This document shows, in pieces, positions 54,673 to 64,000 of a stretch of 64,000 nt of DNA; within the stretch, counting starts at the first letter, position 1, and every line of letters starts with the position of its first letter. This DNA comes from Candidatus Omnitrophota bacterium (GTDB lineage: Bacteria; Omnitrophota; Gorgyraeia; Zapsychrales; Fredricksoniimonadaceae). The notes below the pieces were generated by a model that searched no databases, had not been told where the DNA came from, and was given only the letters and a program-made list of their open reading frames with translations. A program made the translations under genes and the position numbers. The DNA lies in contig JADFZK010000001.1 in NCBI GenBank assembly GCA_015232565.1, forward strand, positions 13,160 to 77,159, read 5' to 3'.

Positions 54673-56744
54673 ATACTGTTGAGGTTCTTCGTCAATCGGC
54701 TCAAATGGAGGTCGTGTATGCCGAGTGTCTGACCTTGCCCTGGATATTGAGGGCCTTACCTTCGTTAATGGCAGATGGTCGATCCACCAGTTGTATTTAT
54801 TTCTTTGATGCCACCCTTGTTGCCCGATTGCTTGCAGCAGGGTTGAGTGTGTTTGGCCGTGTACGTTTTGAAAAGCTGCATTTTGAGGCTATGGATGTTC
54901 GTGATGAGGAGGGCCTTTGTATTTTTATTCGGCTTCTTTATCAGGATTTGGCGTTATTGCGCGGGATTATTCTAGAGGAACACCGCGCTATGTTTACTGC
55001 TCTTGAGAATTCAGAGAGGCTTGGGGAGTATTTGTTAAAAGCTCCGGTCTGTTCGTATGATTTTTATGGCCACAGGAAATATAGTGATCTATGGCATGTT
55101 CTAATGCTGGTGCAGGTAGCGTGCTGGCATGCCCGGAGGGAAGGTCACAGCCCACGTTCTCAGTTGGTTATTTTTACCCGGCCATTCGCTTCCGCACTGG
55201 AGGCGTATTCCTGCAAGTTTGGTGTGGACTTGCGAATGATGGGACGCTTTCAGCCTTTCTCCCCCGTTTTACAAAATATATTTCTCAGGTTTTCTAAATT
55301 TAATGTCAAATTCCTGAAAGGAATACTGAGGGACTTTTGTGTTCGTTTCTCTCGGTGTCGTGGCGTCGATGTCGTCGGTGGAGCTTCCGGGGATGAAGTG
55401 CGTATGATGGCTGAGTATTACGGCCAGCTCAATCTTGAACGGTCTGGCCTGGTTTCTGATTTGTTCTTTCTTGATGATAACGGGATCCGGGGGAAGGACG
55501 TTTGCCTGGTGTTTAATGGTAGTCAAGATCCGGTAGATGAGCAGAAATCGTCCGAAATGTGCCGGCATGGCGTGAGCGCGGTTGCTCTTACGCCTCAATC
55601 CAGCCTGGTGAGTGAGGACGTGGTTCCGGTTTTTCGCTATGTGTCTGAGACTGCGGTGAGTTATCCGGAGGGCTTGTCGCCGGAGTGGGTAGAGCACGCT
55701 GGACAATATGCACGTCAGCGGGCTTATTGGGGTGCATTCTTTCGCCGGTACAATCTTAGGATGTGGTATTCCTGGACCAAGTATGATTCCGGACATATTG
55801 CCCTGGCGGATGCGCTATCGGAGTTGGGAGGCATATCGGTAATGTATCAGCGGGCGCACGAAGCGGGATCTGCACCGCAGTTGGCTGTCGGCGCGGATTT
55901 GATCTTCGGGTTTGCTCCGAGCGGATATCAGACCGAGCTCGGAAGCGGCTCGAGGTTTCGTTATCATGTGGCGGTCGGTTATTGCGGTGACGGGCGTTTT
56001 CGGCATTTGCGTTTGCAGGCTCAAGAGGTCCGTGATCGTCTGATGCGTAATGGTGCTAGTCATATTGTCACCTATTTTGACGAAAACACGATTATTGATG
56101 GACGCTGGTTTCATGGTCATGATGTTGCCGGAAGAAATTATTCGTTCTGGCTTGAGAAGTTGCTGGCAGATCCGCAGCTGGGCTTGATATTCAAACCGAA
56201 ACGACCGGTAAATCTTCGTCAGAGGCTTGGGCCTGTGGCGGCTCTGCTGAAAAGGGCAGAGAAGACCGGTCGTTGTTTTGTGTTCGAGGGAGGTCTTTTG
56301 CAGGGGGCATTTCCACCTGCGGTCGCGGCGCTTGCGTCGGATATTTCTGTGCATGAAGCCTTGAGCGCGGGAACTGCCGGATTGGAGGCCGCTCTGGCTG
56401 GCGGAAGAACGATCCTGATGGACCTTGAAGGTTGGCCGAGGAGTCCGTTGTATCGGCTTGGAAGTGAGGTTGTTTTTAAGGACTGGCCTGCGGTCTGGAG
56501 CGCTTGCAATGATTATTTCCGGGATCCAGGATCCCGTTCCGGCTTGGGTGACTGGTCGTCAATGATCAGTGAGCTGGATCCTTTCCATGACGGCCGCGCC
56601 GCTGAGCGGATGAGTATTTATTTGAAAGACTTGCTTGAGGGCTTACGCCGTGGGGAAACTCCGGCAACGGTTATGGATATGGCCGCTGAACGTTACGGAC
56701 AGCGGTGGGGCAAGGACAAGGTCCAGCGCGGGCCGCATAAATAA
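54669..56744 (+). CDS. Large soluble protein of unknown function (691 aa); GT-B-like C-terminal half suspected
   Basis: ATGA overlap. There are no transmembrane helices. The C-terminal segment RCFVFEGGLLQGAFPPAVAALASDISVHEALSAGTAGLEAALAGGRTILMD resembles a GT-B C-domain or sugar-transferase nucleotide-binding fold. Confidence 0.65.
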   Translation: MNTVEVLRQSAQMEVVYAECLTLPWILRALPSLMADGRSTSCIYFFDATLVARLLAAGLSVFGRVRFEKLHFEAMDVRDEEGLCIFIRLLYQDLALLRGIILEEHRAMFTALENSERLGEYLLKAPVCSYDFYGHRKYSDLWHVLMLVQVACWHARREGHSPRSQLVIFTRPFASALEAYSCKFGVDLRMMGRFQPFSPVLQNIFLRFSKFNVKFLKGILRDFCVRFSRCRGVDVVGGASGDEVRMMAEYYGQLNLERSGLVSDLFFLDDNGIRGKDVCLVFNGSQDPVDEQKSSEMCRHGVSAVALTPQSSLVSEDVVPVFRYVSETAVSYPEGLSPEWVEHAGQYARQRAYWGAFFRRYNLRMWYSWTKYDSGHIALADALSELGGISVMYQRAHEAGSAPQLAVGADLIFGFAPSGYQTELGSGSRFRYHVAVGYCGDGRFRHLRLQAQEVRDRLMRNGASHIVTYFDENTIIDGRWFHGHDVAGRNYSFWLEKLLADPQLGLIFKPKRPVNLRQRLGPVAALLKRAEKTGRCFVFEGGLLQGAFPPAVAALASDISVHEALSAGTAGLEAALAGGRTILMDLEGWPRSPLYRLGSEVVFKDWPAVWSACNDYFRDPGSRSGLGDWSSMISELDPFHDGRAAERMSIYLKDLLEGLRRGETPATVMDMAAERYGQRWGKDKVQRGPHK

Positions 56745-56745
56745 T

Positions 56746-58575
56746 ATGGCACAGCTCTTTCGGATCAATGATCTGCAGGCGTTTCGGATTAAGGCGGGGA
56801 AAAGCAAGCCGCTGGTCATAGTTATTGACAGGCTTGAACAAGGCGGTCAAGGGCTTGAGCAGGGGGTGCTCGAGGGCCTCCCCGTTCCGGTTTATGCGGA
56901 CAGTGACCGGTCGTTGTTTATCAAGGATTATATCGATTGTATCGCCCGTCTTAATGGTTTGTATAAGGATCAATTTTTATGGTGGGCCACCAATCTTTCT
57001 TCCAAGAACCGGTATCTTTGTCCCCTGCCCGATCTGGTGCTGGAGTTGCAGGAGATCGATCTGGCCCTGAGAACTTTTGCTGACTGCCATATTTTGATCG
57101 TAGCCCCGTCGCTTGCGATACAAGCTTCTTTGCGTAAGTTGTTGTCGGGAAGCGGCAGAACTGTTTTTTGGCAGTGTTCGGCGATCGGCCCATTGCGGGG
57201 ATGTGTAATAAACAGCGTTCTTAAATCGGCGGGCCTCTTTTACAATGCGTTCAAGATCTTTGCGCGCAGCTTTTATGCCCGGGCGCTGTTAGGCCACCAG
57301 GCAGGGGAGTTCTTTGCCCAGCGCAGGCCTTGTTATGTGATAAAAACATTCTCATATGGTTCTTCGTGGGATAAAGCAGGCCAGTATACGGATCCTTTCT
57401 TCGGAGAGCTGGCGGGTTATTTGCGGCAAGAAGGCAAGAAGGTTCTGACCTTAAGTTATCATTGGCAGGGCTTCCGTCATTTTATTAAGCAGGTCAAGAG
57501 GCCTGGCGAAGAGTTTATCCTTCCGGTCGAGTTCTTTATTTCTTTGCAGGATATTCTCGGGGCTGTTATCCGCATTCTGTCTTTTAGGATTCCATTGCCT
57601 GGCAAGGTTGATTTCCGTGGCCTTGATATTACCGCTACGCTGGCTTATGAGCTCGCCTGTAATCTGAACGGTATCCAGCTTTTTCAATTGCTCCATTATG
57701 ACGCCGTAAGGCGCCTTTCCAAATGTGTTGCAATAGAGACGTTCTTGTTCACTTTTGAGAATAATCCCTGGGAGCGCATGTGCATGCTGGCTTGCCGCCA
57801 GTGTAGTTCAACCACTTTCTTGATCGGCTATCAGCACTCGGTGGTTCCACCGGCAGCGCTTAACATGTTCGTTAGTTCGCTCGAGCGCCTTATTGTTCCT
57901 CTGCCTGACAAGGTTCTTACCACTGGGGAGGTGTCCGCGAGTATTCTGAAGCAGTATGGTGATTATTCGGCAACAGAAATTACCCCGGCGTGCGCGTTAC
58001 GGTATGCCTATCTTGAGGGTGCCCCCGTAAAGCCCCGGGCCAGGAAGCGGCGGGTCCTGGTTGTTCTTGATGGCGTATTGGAAACAAAGGCGCTGGTTGA
58101 TTATGCCTTGAGTCAGTCTGCTCTTATGCCGGAGTGGACCTTTGTCCTAAGGTCGCATCCGGCTTTGCCTTGGGCTTTCCTGGCGGGGCAGTTTGGGTAT
58201 TCTTTGGGCAGGTATTCTTCTGTTCTGTTTTCGCAGGGTGTGTTGCGCGATGATATTGAGTCAGCGGATCTGATCCTGTACTGGCAGAGTGCGGTAGTTC
58301 TTGAAGCGTTGTTGATGGGTTGTCCGGTTGTTAATTTCTCCCCTGCTGGCATTCTTAGTTATGATCCGATTCCTGGTTGTTCAAATTTGAGGTGGAATGT
58401 TTCTTTGCAACAAGGGTTGAAGGATGTAGCTGAAGAGGTTTTTAACATTACGGAAGCTCAATACCAGGAGCAAAGTCTTCTGGCCGGTCAGTATGTTCAA
58501 CGATACTTTTATCGTGTTACCCCCGAACGTTTTAGAGAGTTCCTGAGTCGCCATTTGCGTTCAAGTTCATCTTGA
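56746..58575 (+). CDS. Large soluble protein of unknown function (about 609 aa); GT-B-like C-terminal half suspected
   Basis: Start at MAQLFRIN, immediately after the upstream stop. The C-terminal part RVLVVLDGVLETKALVDYALSQS...ADLILYWQSAVVLEALLMGCPVVNF is Rossmann-like. Confidence 0.65.
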   Translation: MAQLFRINDLQAFRIKAGKSKPLVIVIDRLEQGGQGLEQGVLEGLPVPVYADSDRSLFIKDYIDCIARLNGLYKDQFLWWATNLSSKNRYLCPLPDLVLELQEIDLALRTFADCHILIVAPSLAIQASLRKLLSGSGRTVFWQCSAIGPLRGCVINSVLKSAGLFYNAFKIFARSFYARALLGHQAGEFFAQRRPCYVIKTFSYGSSWDKAGQYTDPFFGELAGYLRQEGKKVLTLSYHWQGFRHFIKQVKRPGEEFILPVEFFISLQDILGAVIRILSFRIPLPGKVDFRGLDITATLAYELACNLNGIQLFQLLHYDAVRRLSKCVAIETFLFTFENNPWERMCMLACRQCSSTTFLIGYQHSVVPPAALNMFVSSLERLIVPLPDKVLTTGEVSASILKQYGDYSATEITPACALRYAYLEGAPVKPRARKRRVLVVLDGVLETKALVDYALSQSALMPEWTFVLRSHPALPWAFLAGQFGYSLGRYSSVLFSQGVLRDDIESADLILYWQSAVVLEALLMGCPVVNFSPAGILSYDPIPGCSNLRWNVSLQQGLKDVAEEVFNITEAQYQEQSLLAGQYVQRYFYRVTPERFREFLSRHLRSSSS

Positions 58576-58638
58576 TGCTATTTACCTCTGTGCTACAATA
58601 AGCGCTCATTTGAATAAACTGACGAATAAGAGGGCTTT

Positions 58639-59355
58639 GTGGATTCATTGATCTATAAGGAACAACAGGTTTGGGGACGTACCGGGAATGAGCTTTTTTT
58701 CCAGGGGACGCGAAGCCAGGTCGATCATTTATATCGTTCGGAGAAGTTTTTTTTGCCTCAACTGGTGAAGGAGTCTGCGTCTTTTCTGGACTTGGGCTGT
58801 GCCTGCGGGGATTTCAGCCAGATCGTCAGGCATTATAATCCGGAGATCCGTTATACAGGGGCGGACATTATTGACCGTTTTGTTCAGATAGCCCGGAAAA
58901 ATTATCCGCAGGATGATTTTATTGTCAGTGACGGCATTAAGCTGGATTATCCCGATGGCGCTTTCGATCTGGTGCATTCTAGCGGGATCTTGCACCTGAA
59001 TTCCCGGTATCAGGATATTGTCCGGGAAATGTACCGTGTTTCCTCCAGGCATGTGTTATGTGATTTTCGCCTGACGAACGGGCCTGCGGTTACGGGGGAG
59101 ATGGATGTTAACCTGGCCGGCCAGAGTGAACAGCAGACTTTGCCATATTATGTGGTGAATACTGACGACCACCTGGCATTTCTTAAGAACTTATCTCCGG
59201 CGCCTTTTAAGATCACTGTTAAAGGATATGCGCATCCTCCTACCAAGGCGGCGCGCATCAGCGTGGATAAGGTTATGATGGCGTTTTTCCTTATTGAAAA
59301 GGGCCGTGCCGGAATCGGGCACGAAACTGTTGTTGAAATAAACCTTAATTCCTAA
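58639..59355 (+). CDS. Class I SAM-dependent methyltransferase
   Basis: FLDLGCACGDF, DLVHSSGILHL. GTG start. Confidence 0.75.
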   Translation: MDSLIYKEQQVWGRTGNELFFQGTRSQVDHLYRSEKFFLPQLVKESASFLDLGCACGDFSQIVRHYNPEIRYTGADIIDRFVQIARKNYPQDDFIVSDGIKLDYPDGAFDLVHSSGILHLNSRYQDIVREMYRVSSRHVLCDFRLTNGPAVTGEMDVNLAGQSEQQTLPYYVVNTDDHLAFLKNLSPAPFKITVKGYAHPPTKAARISVDKVMMAFFLIEKGRAGIGHETVVEINLNS

Positions 59356-59365
59356 TAAAAATGGA

Positions 59366-60451
59366 ATGATTATGATTCAGCCAAAAAGATTATTGCTCAA
59401 TATCTCACGGGCGCCGTCCAATACAGAGAATCGTCTGGGTAAGGTTATGCGCCTTGATCATAATGAGCGGACCACCCCGTTGCCGCAAGCGGTTCTTGAC
59501 GCGGTATGGAAGACAGTGTCTCCCGAGGAGGTGGTGGCTTATCCGGCTTTGGAAAGCCTGTATCGCAAACTGGCCGCCTCTCTTGGGGTGCCGCGTGAAT
59601 GTCTGCTGTTAACCTATGGGTCCGATACTGGTATCCGGATGGTCTTTGATACTTACCTCAACGAAGGCGATGAGGTTGTAATGCTTGATCCTGGTTATGG
59701 GATGTTCCCGGTTTATACGGACATGTTTGGGGGTAAGAGGGTGTTCGTTAAGTATGATGCCGATTTCAGTTTGCCTGTTACGCGGATTATTGAGAAGATC
59801 AACGACAATACCAAGTTGGTTATTCTTGCTAACCCTAATCATACCGGTACGGCAATGGCGGATGGGGACATCCTTAAGGTCATCCAGGTAGCTGCTACGC
59901 ATAATGCGTTGGTTTTGGTTGATGAGGCGTATCATTATTTTTATGAGAAAACCATGATCGGGCAACTGCCGGCGTATGACAATTTGATTATCGTCCGGAC
60001 CATGTCAAAAGCTTTCGGTATCGCGCCTTTACGGGTGGGGTATCTGGTAAGCCAGTCGGCGAATATCAATAATCTGATTAAAGTCAAGTTGACTTATGAC
60101 GTGACGACTTTGTCGGCCAAGTTTGCCGAATACCTTATCGATCATCCGTCAATAGGTCTGGAATATGTGCGTGATGTTAATGAGGGTAAAGCATATCTGG
60201 CCGATGAGTTCAAGAAGCTGGGGGCAAAGGTGTTCCCATCGGTAACGAATTTTGTTTTTGTACGTTTACCGGAAGGCAGTGATGCAGTGAAGCTGGTGCG
60301 GGCGCTGGAAGCCCGGGATATCTGGATCAAAGGACCGTTCAAAGGGGTGCCGGTTGACGGGTATATCCGTATAACGGTTGGCCCCCGGGCGCAGATGGCC
60401 ATCTTTATGGAGCATGTTAAGGAATTGATGGGGAAAAAGCATGAAGGATAA
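59366..60451 (+). CDS. Class I/II PLP-dependent aminotransferase (HisC/CobD-like)
   Basis: LANPNHTGT, VLVDEAY, and RTMSKAFGIAPLRVGY where the Lys binds PLP. Confidence 0.85.
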   Translation: MIMIQPKRLLLNISRAPSNTENRLGKVMRLDHNERTTPLPQAVLDAVWKTVSPEEVVAYPALESLYRKLAASLGVPRECLLLTYGSDTGIRMVFDTYLNEGDEVVMLDPGYGMFPVYTDMFGGKRVFVKYDADFSLPVTRIIEKINDNTKLVILANPNHTGTAMADGDILKVIQVAATHNALVLVDEAYHYFYEKTMIGQLPAYDNLIIVRTMSKAFGIAPLRVGYLVSQSANINNLIKVKLTYDVTTLSAKFAEYLIDHPSIGLEYVRDVNEGKAYLADEFKKLGAKVFPSVTNFVFVRLPEGSDAVKLVRALEARDIWIKGPFKGVPVDGYIRITVGPRAQMAIFMEHVKELMGKKHEG

Positions 60452-61202
60452 GTATAAAGGCAAGAAAGTCGTGGGAGTCATTCCGGCGCGCATGGAGTCG
60501 TCGCGTTTTTACGGTAAGCCGCTGGCCAGGATACTGGGCAAGGAAATGATCCAGTGGGTTTACGAGTATTGTATGAAATGCCGTAATTTGAAAGATGTTT
60601 ACGTGGCGACCGATCACGAAGATGTCGGCAAGTTTTGTGAGCAAAAAGGAATGCGGTGTATTATGACTGCTGCGACACACAAGAACTGCTCTGAACGTTC
60701 GGATGAGGTGTGTCGGCGGGTAGGGGCGGAATATGTGGTTGAGATCCAGGGGGATGAGCCTACCCTGCGCGCGCAGGATGTGGATGATTTTATCGACCGG
60801 GCTTTTGATTTCGAGCAGTTTGATGTCGTAACACAATACGTGCAGATCTCTGAAGAAGAAGCCCGCGATCCTCAGTCGGTCAAAATCGCGGTGGGTAATG
60901 AGGGTAAAGCGTTGTATTTCTCGCGGTGTGCTATTCCGTACAATTTCAAGAACCGTAATCCTGAATATTACAAGCAGGTGGGGTTGTATGTCTGGCCGGC
61001 CGAGGCTATCAAGCGTTTCTCGCAGACTCCTAAGGGTTATCTGGAAAGCATCGAAGATACCCATATGCTGCGTTTGACCGAATACGGTTTTGATGTGCGG
61101 CTGGTATCGACCGATATCGCAACGGTGGGGGTGGACCTTCCGCAACATATCGCCCAGGCAGAAGCATTTCTAACAAAACGCAAGGAGGCTGGCGGTGAGT
61201 AA
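60441..61202 (+). CDS. KdsB-type cytidylyltransferase (CMP-Kdo synthetase family)
   Basis: VIPARMESSRFYGKPLA, IQGDEP and GLYVWPAEAIKRF. Its start overlaps the upstream gene by 11 nt. Confidence 0.85.
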   Translation: MKDKYKGKKVVGVIPARMESSRFYGKPLARILGKEMIQWVYEYCMKCRNLKDVYVATDHEDVGKFCEQKGMRCIMTAATHKNCSERSDEVCRRVGAEYVVEIQGDEPTLRAQDVDDFIDRAFDFEQFDVVTQYVQISEEEARDPQSVKIAVGNEGKALYFSRCAIPYNFKNRNPEYYKQVGLYVWPAEAIKRFSQTPKGYLESIEDTHMLRLTEYGFDVRLVSTDIATVGVDLPQHIAQAEAFLTKRKEAGGE

Positions 61203-62271
61203 GGAGTTGAGGCTTGGGATCATCGGCTGCGGACGGGTGGCTTTTCATCATGCCGAGATGCTTAAAGGTTTGGATGGTATCAAGCTGGTTGCCATCTGCG
61301 ATCTGATCGAGGAGAAAGCTCGGAAGTTATCCGAGAAGTCCGGCGCTAAAGTTTACATTAATTATCGTGAAATGCTGGCACGCGAGGAGCTTGATCTGGT
61401 TACGCTGGCTACTCCTACAGGTGCTCATTATGAGCATGTAAAAGATATTCTAGCTCATTGCGCAGTGAATGTTTTGCTCGAGAAACCAATGGTTTTGCGC
61501 GTGGCCCAGGGCCTGGAGCTTAATGCCCTGGCGGCAAAGAAGGGCGTGCGGATCTTCCCGGTCTATCAGAACCGGTTCAATAAAGCGGTCCAGCGGGTAA
61601 AATCAGCGATGGTTAGTGGCGAGTTGGGTGATGTGGTGTTGGGCACGGTGCGGTTGCGTTGGTGCCGGCCTCAACGTTATTATGATCTGGCGGCCTGGCG
61701 GGGCACTTACTCCATGGACGGCGGCGCGTATGTGAATCAGGGGATCCATTATATTGATATTCTGCGTTACCTGGCCGGTGAGGTTGAGGAAGTCAATTCC
61801 TGCCTGGCACAGCTGGGGGCCAAGCTCGAGGCGGAAGACACCGGCGTGAGCCTGCTTAAGTTCCGTAGCGGCGGACTGGGCCAGCTGGAGATAACCATGG
61901 CGGCCCGGCCTGATGATTTTGAGGCGTCTGTTTCTATCGTCGGTAGTAAAGGGCTGGCGGTCCTGGGTGGAATTTGTGCTAACAAGCTGGAAACATTTTC
62001 ACCGAGTCCGGGTGAGCAGGCGATTTACAGTGAAGAGGTTGGCATGGCGTATGGCTTAAGCCATCGTCAGGTCTATAGCAAACTGATCACAGCGATCAAT
62101 GAAAAACAGCCATCGCCGGTGGACTTTAATGATGGGCTTAATACGATCCGGTTATTGCATGCTTTATATCGTAGCAATGAAGACCGCCGCTGGGTGCGGC
62201 TCGATGAAGAAGTAGAGTCGAAACGCCTGGGTGAGCGAAACGATAAATTGCTGGCGGAATATTTGATATGA
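61195..62271 (+). CDS. Gfo/Idh/MocA family oxidoreductase (WbpB-like candidate)
   Basis: LRLGIIGCGRVAFHH...LLEKP. GTG start with an AGGAGG ribosome-binding site. Confidence 0.85.
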   Translation: MSKELRLGIIGCGRVAFHHAEMLKGLDGIKLVAICDLIEEKARKLSEKSGAKVYINYREMLAREELDLVTLATPTGAHYEHVKDILAHCAVNVLLEKPMVLRVAQGLELNALAAKKGVRIFPVYQNRFNKAVQRVKSAMVSGELGDVVLGTVRLRWCRPQRYYDLAAWRGTYSMDGGAYVNQGIHYIDILRYLAGEVEEVNSCLAQLGAKLEAEDTGVSLLKFRSGGLGQLEITMAARPDDFEASVSIVGSKGLAVLGGICANKLETFSPSPGEQAIYSEEVGMAYGLSHRQVYSKLITAINEKQPSPVDFNDGLNTIRLLHALYRSNEDRRWVRLDEEVESKRLGERNDKLLAEYLI

Positions 62272-63344
62272 AAAAACCGTTGCGGGTTGGTATTGCCGGG
62301 TTTGGTGTGGTAGGCAAGGTTCGCCGGAAGTTTATCGACCAGCATCCGCGTATGCTGGTGACGGCGGTTTGCGATCAGTCTTTTGCCAAAACAGGCGGAA
62401 AACTCGAGGGGCTTTCCTGTTTCAGCAGTTACAAGCAGTTGCTGGCAGAACCGCTGGATGTGCTTTTTGTGTGTTTGCCGAATTATCTGGCGCCGGAAGT
62501 TACTATTGCCGGTTTGGAGAAGGGCTTGCACGTTTTTTGCGAGAAACCACCGGGAAAGAGTGTGGAAGATATTCTGGCGGTGATCCAGTGTGAACGGAAA
62601 CATGCGAAACAGAAACTCATGTATGGTTTTAATCATCGTTACCATGAGTCGGTGCGTAAGGCCATGGACATTATCCGTAGCGGTAGTTTGGGCAAGGTTA
62701 TTAATTTGCGTGGGGTGTATGGCAAGTCCAAGATCGTCAGTTTTGATTCGGACTGGCGTACCAAACGGGCTTTGGCGGGCGGCGGCATCTTTCTCGACCA
62801 GGGGATCCACATGGTCGACCTGATGCGCTTGTTTGCCGGCGAATTCACGGAAGTGCACAGCTATATTTCCAACGATTTCTGGAAACATGACGTGGAAGAC
62901 AATGCTTATGCTTTAATGCGTACCGCCGATGGTGTTGTGGCCCAGTTGCATTCCTCGGCGACCCAGTGGAGGCATTCGTTCAATCTTTCCATTGCGCTGA
63001 CCAAGGGCTCGCTGATCCTCTCCGGGATCCTGTCCAATTCGAAGTCTTACGGAGCCGAGACGATTACCATAGTCCGTGCCAGCGCGAATGACGGCGGCGA
63101 TCCTTTCGAGGAGATGATCCGTTATAACGAGGACAATTCCTGGCGCGATGAAGTGTTTGATTTCGCTAGTGCGGTTATCGGGGATAAGAAAGTGACCGGT
63201 GGCACCAGCCTGGAGGCGTTAAAAACGATGAAGACGGTTTATCGTATTTATTACGCGGATCTCAAGTGGCGCAAAAAATATAATATTCCTGATCCTGATC
63301 GGAAAGTGTTTTCTAGGGGTGCCCCTAAGGCAGGTGCGACTTGA
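62268..63344 (+). CDS. Gfo/Idh/MocA family oxidoreductase
   Basis: [16 protein letters not shown], with CEKP. ATGA overlap. Confidence 0.85.
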   Translation: MKKPLRVGIAGFGVVGKVRRKFIDQHPRMLVTAVCDQSFAKTGGKLEGLSCFSSYKQLLAEPLDVLFVCLPNYLAPEVTIAGLEKGLHVFCEKPPGKSVEDILAVIQCERKHAKQKLMYGFNHRYHESVRKAMDIIRSGSLGKVINLRGVYGKSKIVSFDSDWRTKRALAGGGIFLDQGIHMVDLMRLFAGEFTEVHSYISNDFWKHDVEDNAYALMRTADGVVAQLHSSATQWRHSFNLSIALTKGSLILSGILSNSKSYGAETITIVRASANDGGDPFEEMIRYNEDNSWRDEVFDFASAVIGDKKVTGGTSLEALKTMKTVYRIYYADLKWRKKYNIPDPDRKVFSRGAPKAGAT

Positions 63345-63898
63345 GGATATTGATTTATCTTTTGAGAGATATCAGGTATCGCCTATGGTGTTTGGGGGCT
63401 AGGATACAATGCGCGCATCAATTTGATTTTTATCCGCCACCAGGCACGTTGATCCGTCATCCCGAGAATATAACAATCGGGAAGCATTTCGCTTTGGCTG
63501 ATTTTTGTCAGTTGATATGTCAGGATCCTGAGCGCGGTAGCCGGTTAGTGATTGGTGATCATGTGTCGATTAACAGCAATGTACTTATTATTGCTGATGG
63601 CGGTGGAAGGATCACGATCGGTGATAATGTGCTTATTGGTCCATTGACTGTGTTGAGAGCGGCGAATCATTGTATTGCTTCGGCGGACCAATTGATCAGG
63701 GAGCAGGGGCATGAGCCGGGTGTGATTACAATTGAGAATGATGTGTGGTTAGGCGCGGGTGTGACTGTGGTCCCTGGTGTTACTATTGGACGCTCTGCTG
63801 TAATAGGTGCGGGTAGCGTAGTAACGCGAGATGTTCCTCCTTATGCGATTGCGGTGGGAGTTCCAGCTCGCGTGATAAAGATGAGAAAAGTTGTTTAG
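63341..63898 (+). CDS. Left-handed beta-helix (hexapeptide-repeat) acetyltransferase (WbpD/maltose O-acetyltransferase-like)
   Basis: Hexapeptide repeats [50 protein letters not shown] and [14 protein letters not shown]. The start is uncertain (TTG 63341). Confidence 0.75.
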   Translation: MRILIYLLRDIRYRLWCLGARIQCAHQFDFYPPPGTLIRHPENITIGKHFALADFCQLICQDPERGSRLVIGDHVSINSNVLIIADGGGRITIGDNVLIGPLTVLRAANHCIASADQLIREQGHEPGVITIENDVWLGAGVTVVPGVTIGRSAVIGAGSVVTRDVPPYAIAVGVPARVIKMRKVV

Positions 63899-63918
63899 AT
63901 CTATTTCCGGGGGTTTCT

Positions 63919-64000
63919 ATGAGTATGATGGAAGATGTTTATAAAAATAATAAAAGTGCCAGCGACTATTCAAAGGCGTACATCAGTCATCTGATTGAGA
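63919..64000 (+). CDS. Start of a further gene (truncated by the window end)
   Basis: ATG at 63919 opens MSMMEDVYKNNKSASDYSKAYISHLIE..., which continues to the window edge. It follows the co-directional island. Confidence 0.35.
   Translation, partial: MSMMEDVYKNNKSASDYSKAYISHLIE

Overview
Mostly co-directional (+ strand) bacterial chromosomal segment of moderate GC, most likely from an uncultivated lineage. 1-6.3 kb holds housekeeping genes: a truncated ORF6N-domain gene, a YifB/ComM-like ATPase, a DUF4160/DUF2442 gene pair, a divergent PAP2 phosphatase, a LysM/L,D-transpeptidase lipoprotein, accA and rlmN. 6.3-6.85 kb is a highly structured non-coding region containing a ~255-bp imperfect palindrome, a second hairpin, and a 32-mer also found at 2.78 kb. 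6.85-11.1 kb is a 1259-aa secreted protein of unknown function, translationally coupled to a small secreted protein with STI1/DP-like helical repeats. It is followed by gap, a second DUF4160/DUF2442 pair, a cysteine-rich secreted protein and a convergent methyltransferase. After a ~750-bp AT-rich non-coding region, a ~48-kb glycan island runs from 15.6 kb to the window end with almost every gene on the + strand. It contains GT-C membrane glycosyltransferases with an ArnC/DPM1-like polyprenyl-phosphate sugar synthase, a GtrA-methyltransferase fusion and a radical SAM/SPASM enzyme. Its core is a complete nonulosonic-acid module: 4,6-dehydratase, DegT aminotransferase, CBS-domain nucleotidyltransferase, NeuB-, NeuC- and NeuA-like enzymes, and a HisH/HisF-like pair with a PP-loop amidotransferase for an acetamidino group. 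Many tailoring enzymes accompany it: two zinc-ribbon C-methyltransferase-family proteins, a formyltransferase, an ATP-grasp ligase, a PHP phosphoesterase, a NUDIX hydrolase and several SAM methyltransferases. The island also has a Wzx flippase, two further GT2 enzymes, two large adjacent unknown proteins, five Gfo/Idh/MocA oxidoreductases, a KdsB-like cytidylyltransferase and an LbH acetyltransferase. A small foreign-looking block sits inside the island: a wHTH regulator, a YhcG-like PDDEXK nuclease, a truncated Schlafen/HATPase_c_4-type regulator remnant and a C1 peptidase. No rRNA, tRNA or CRISPR array was seen. All functional calls rest on recognisable protein motifs in the translated ORFs; no database search was possible.
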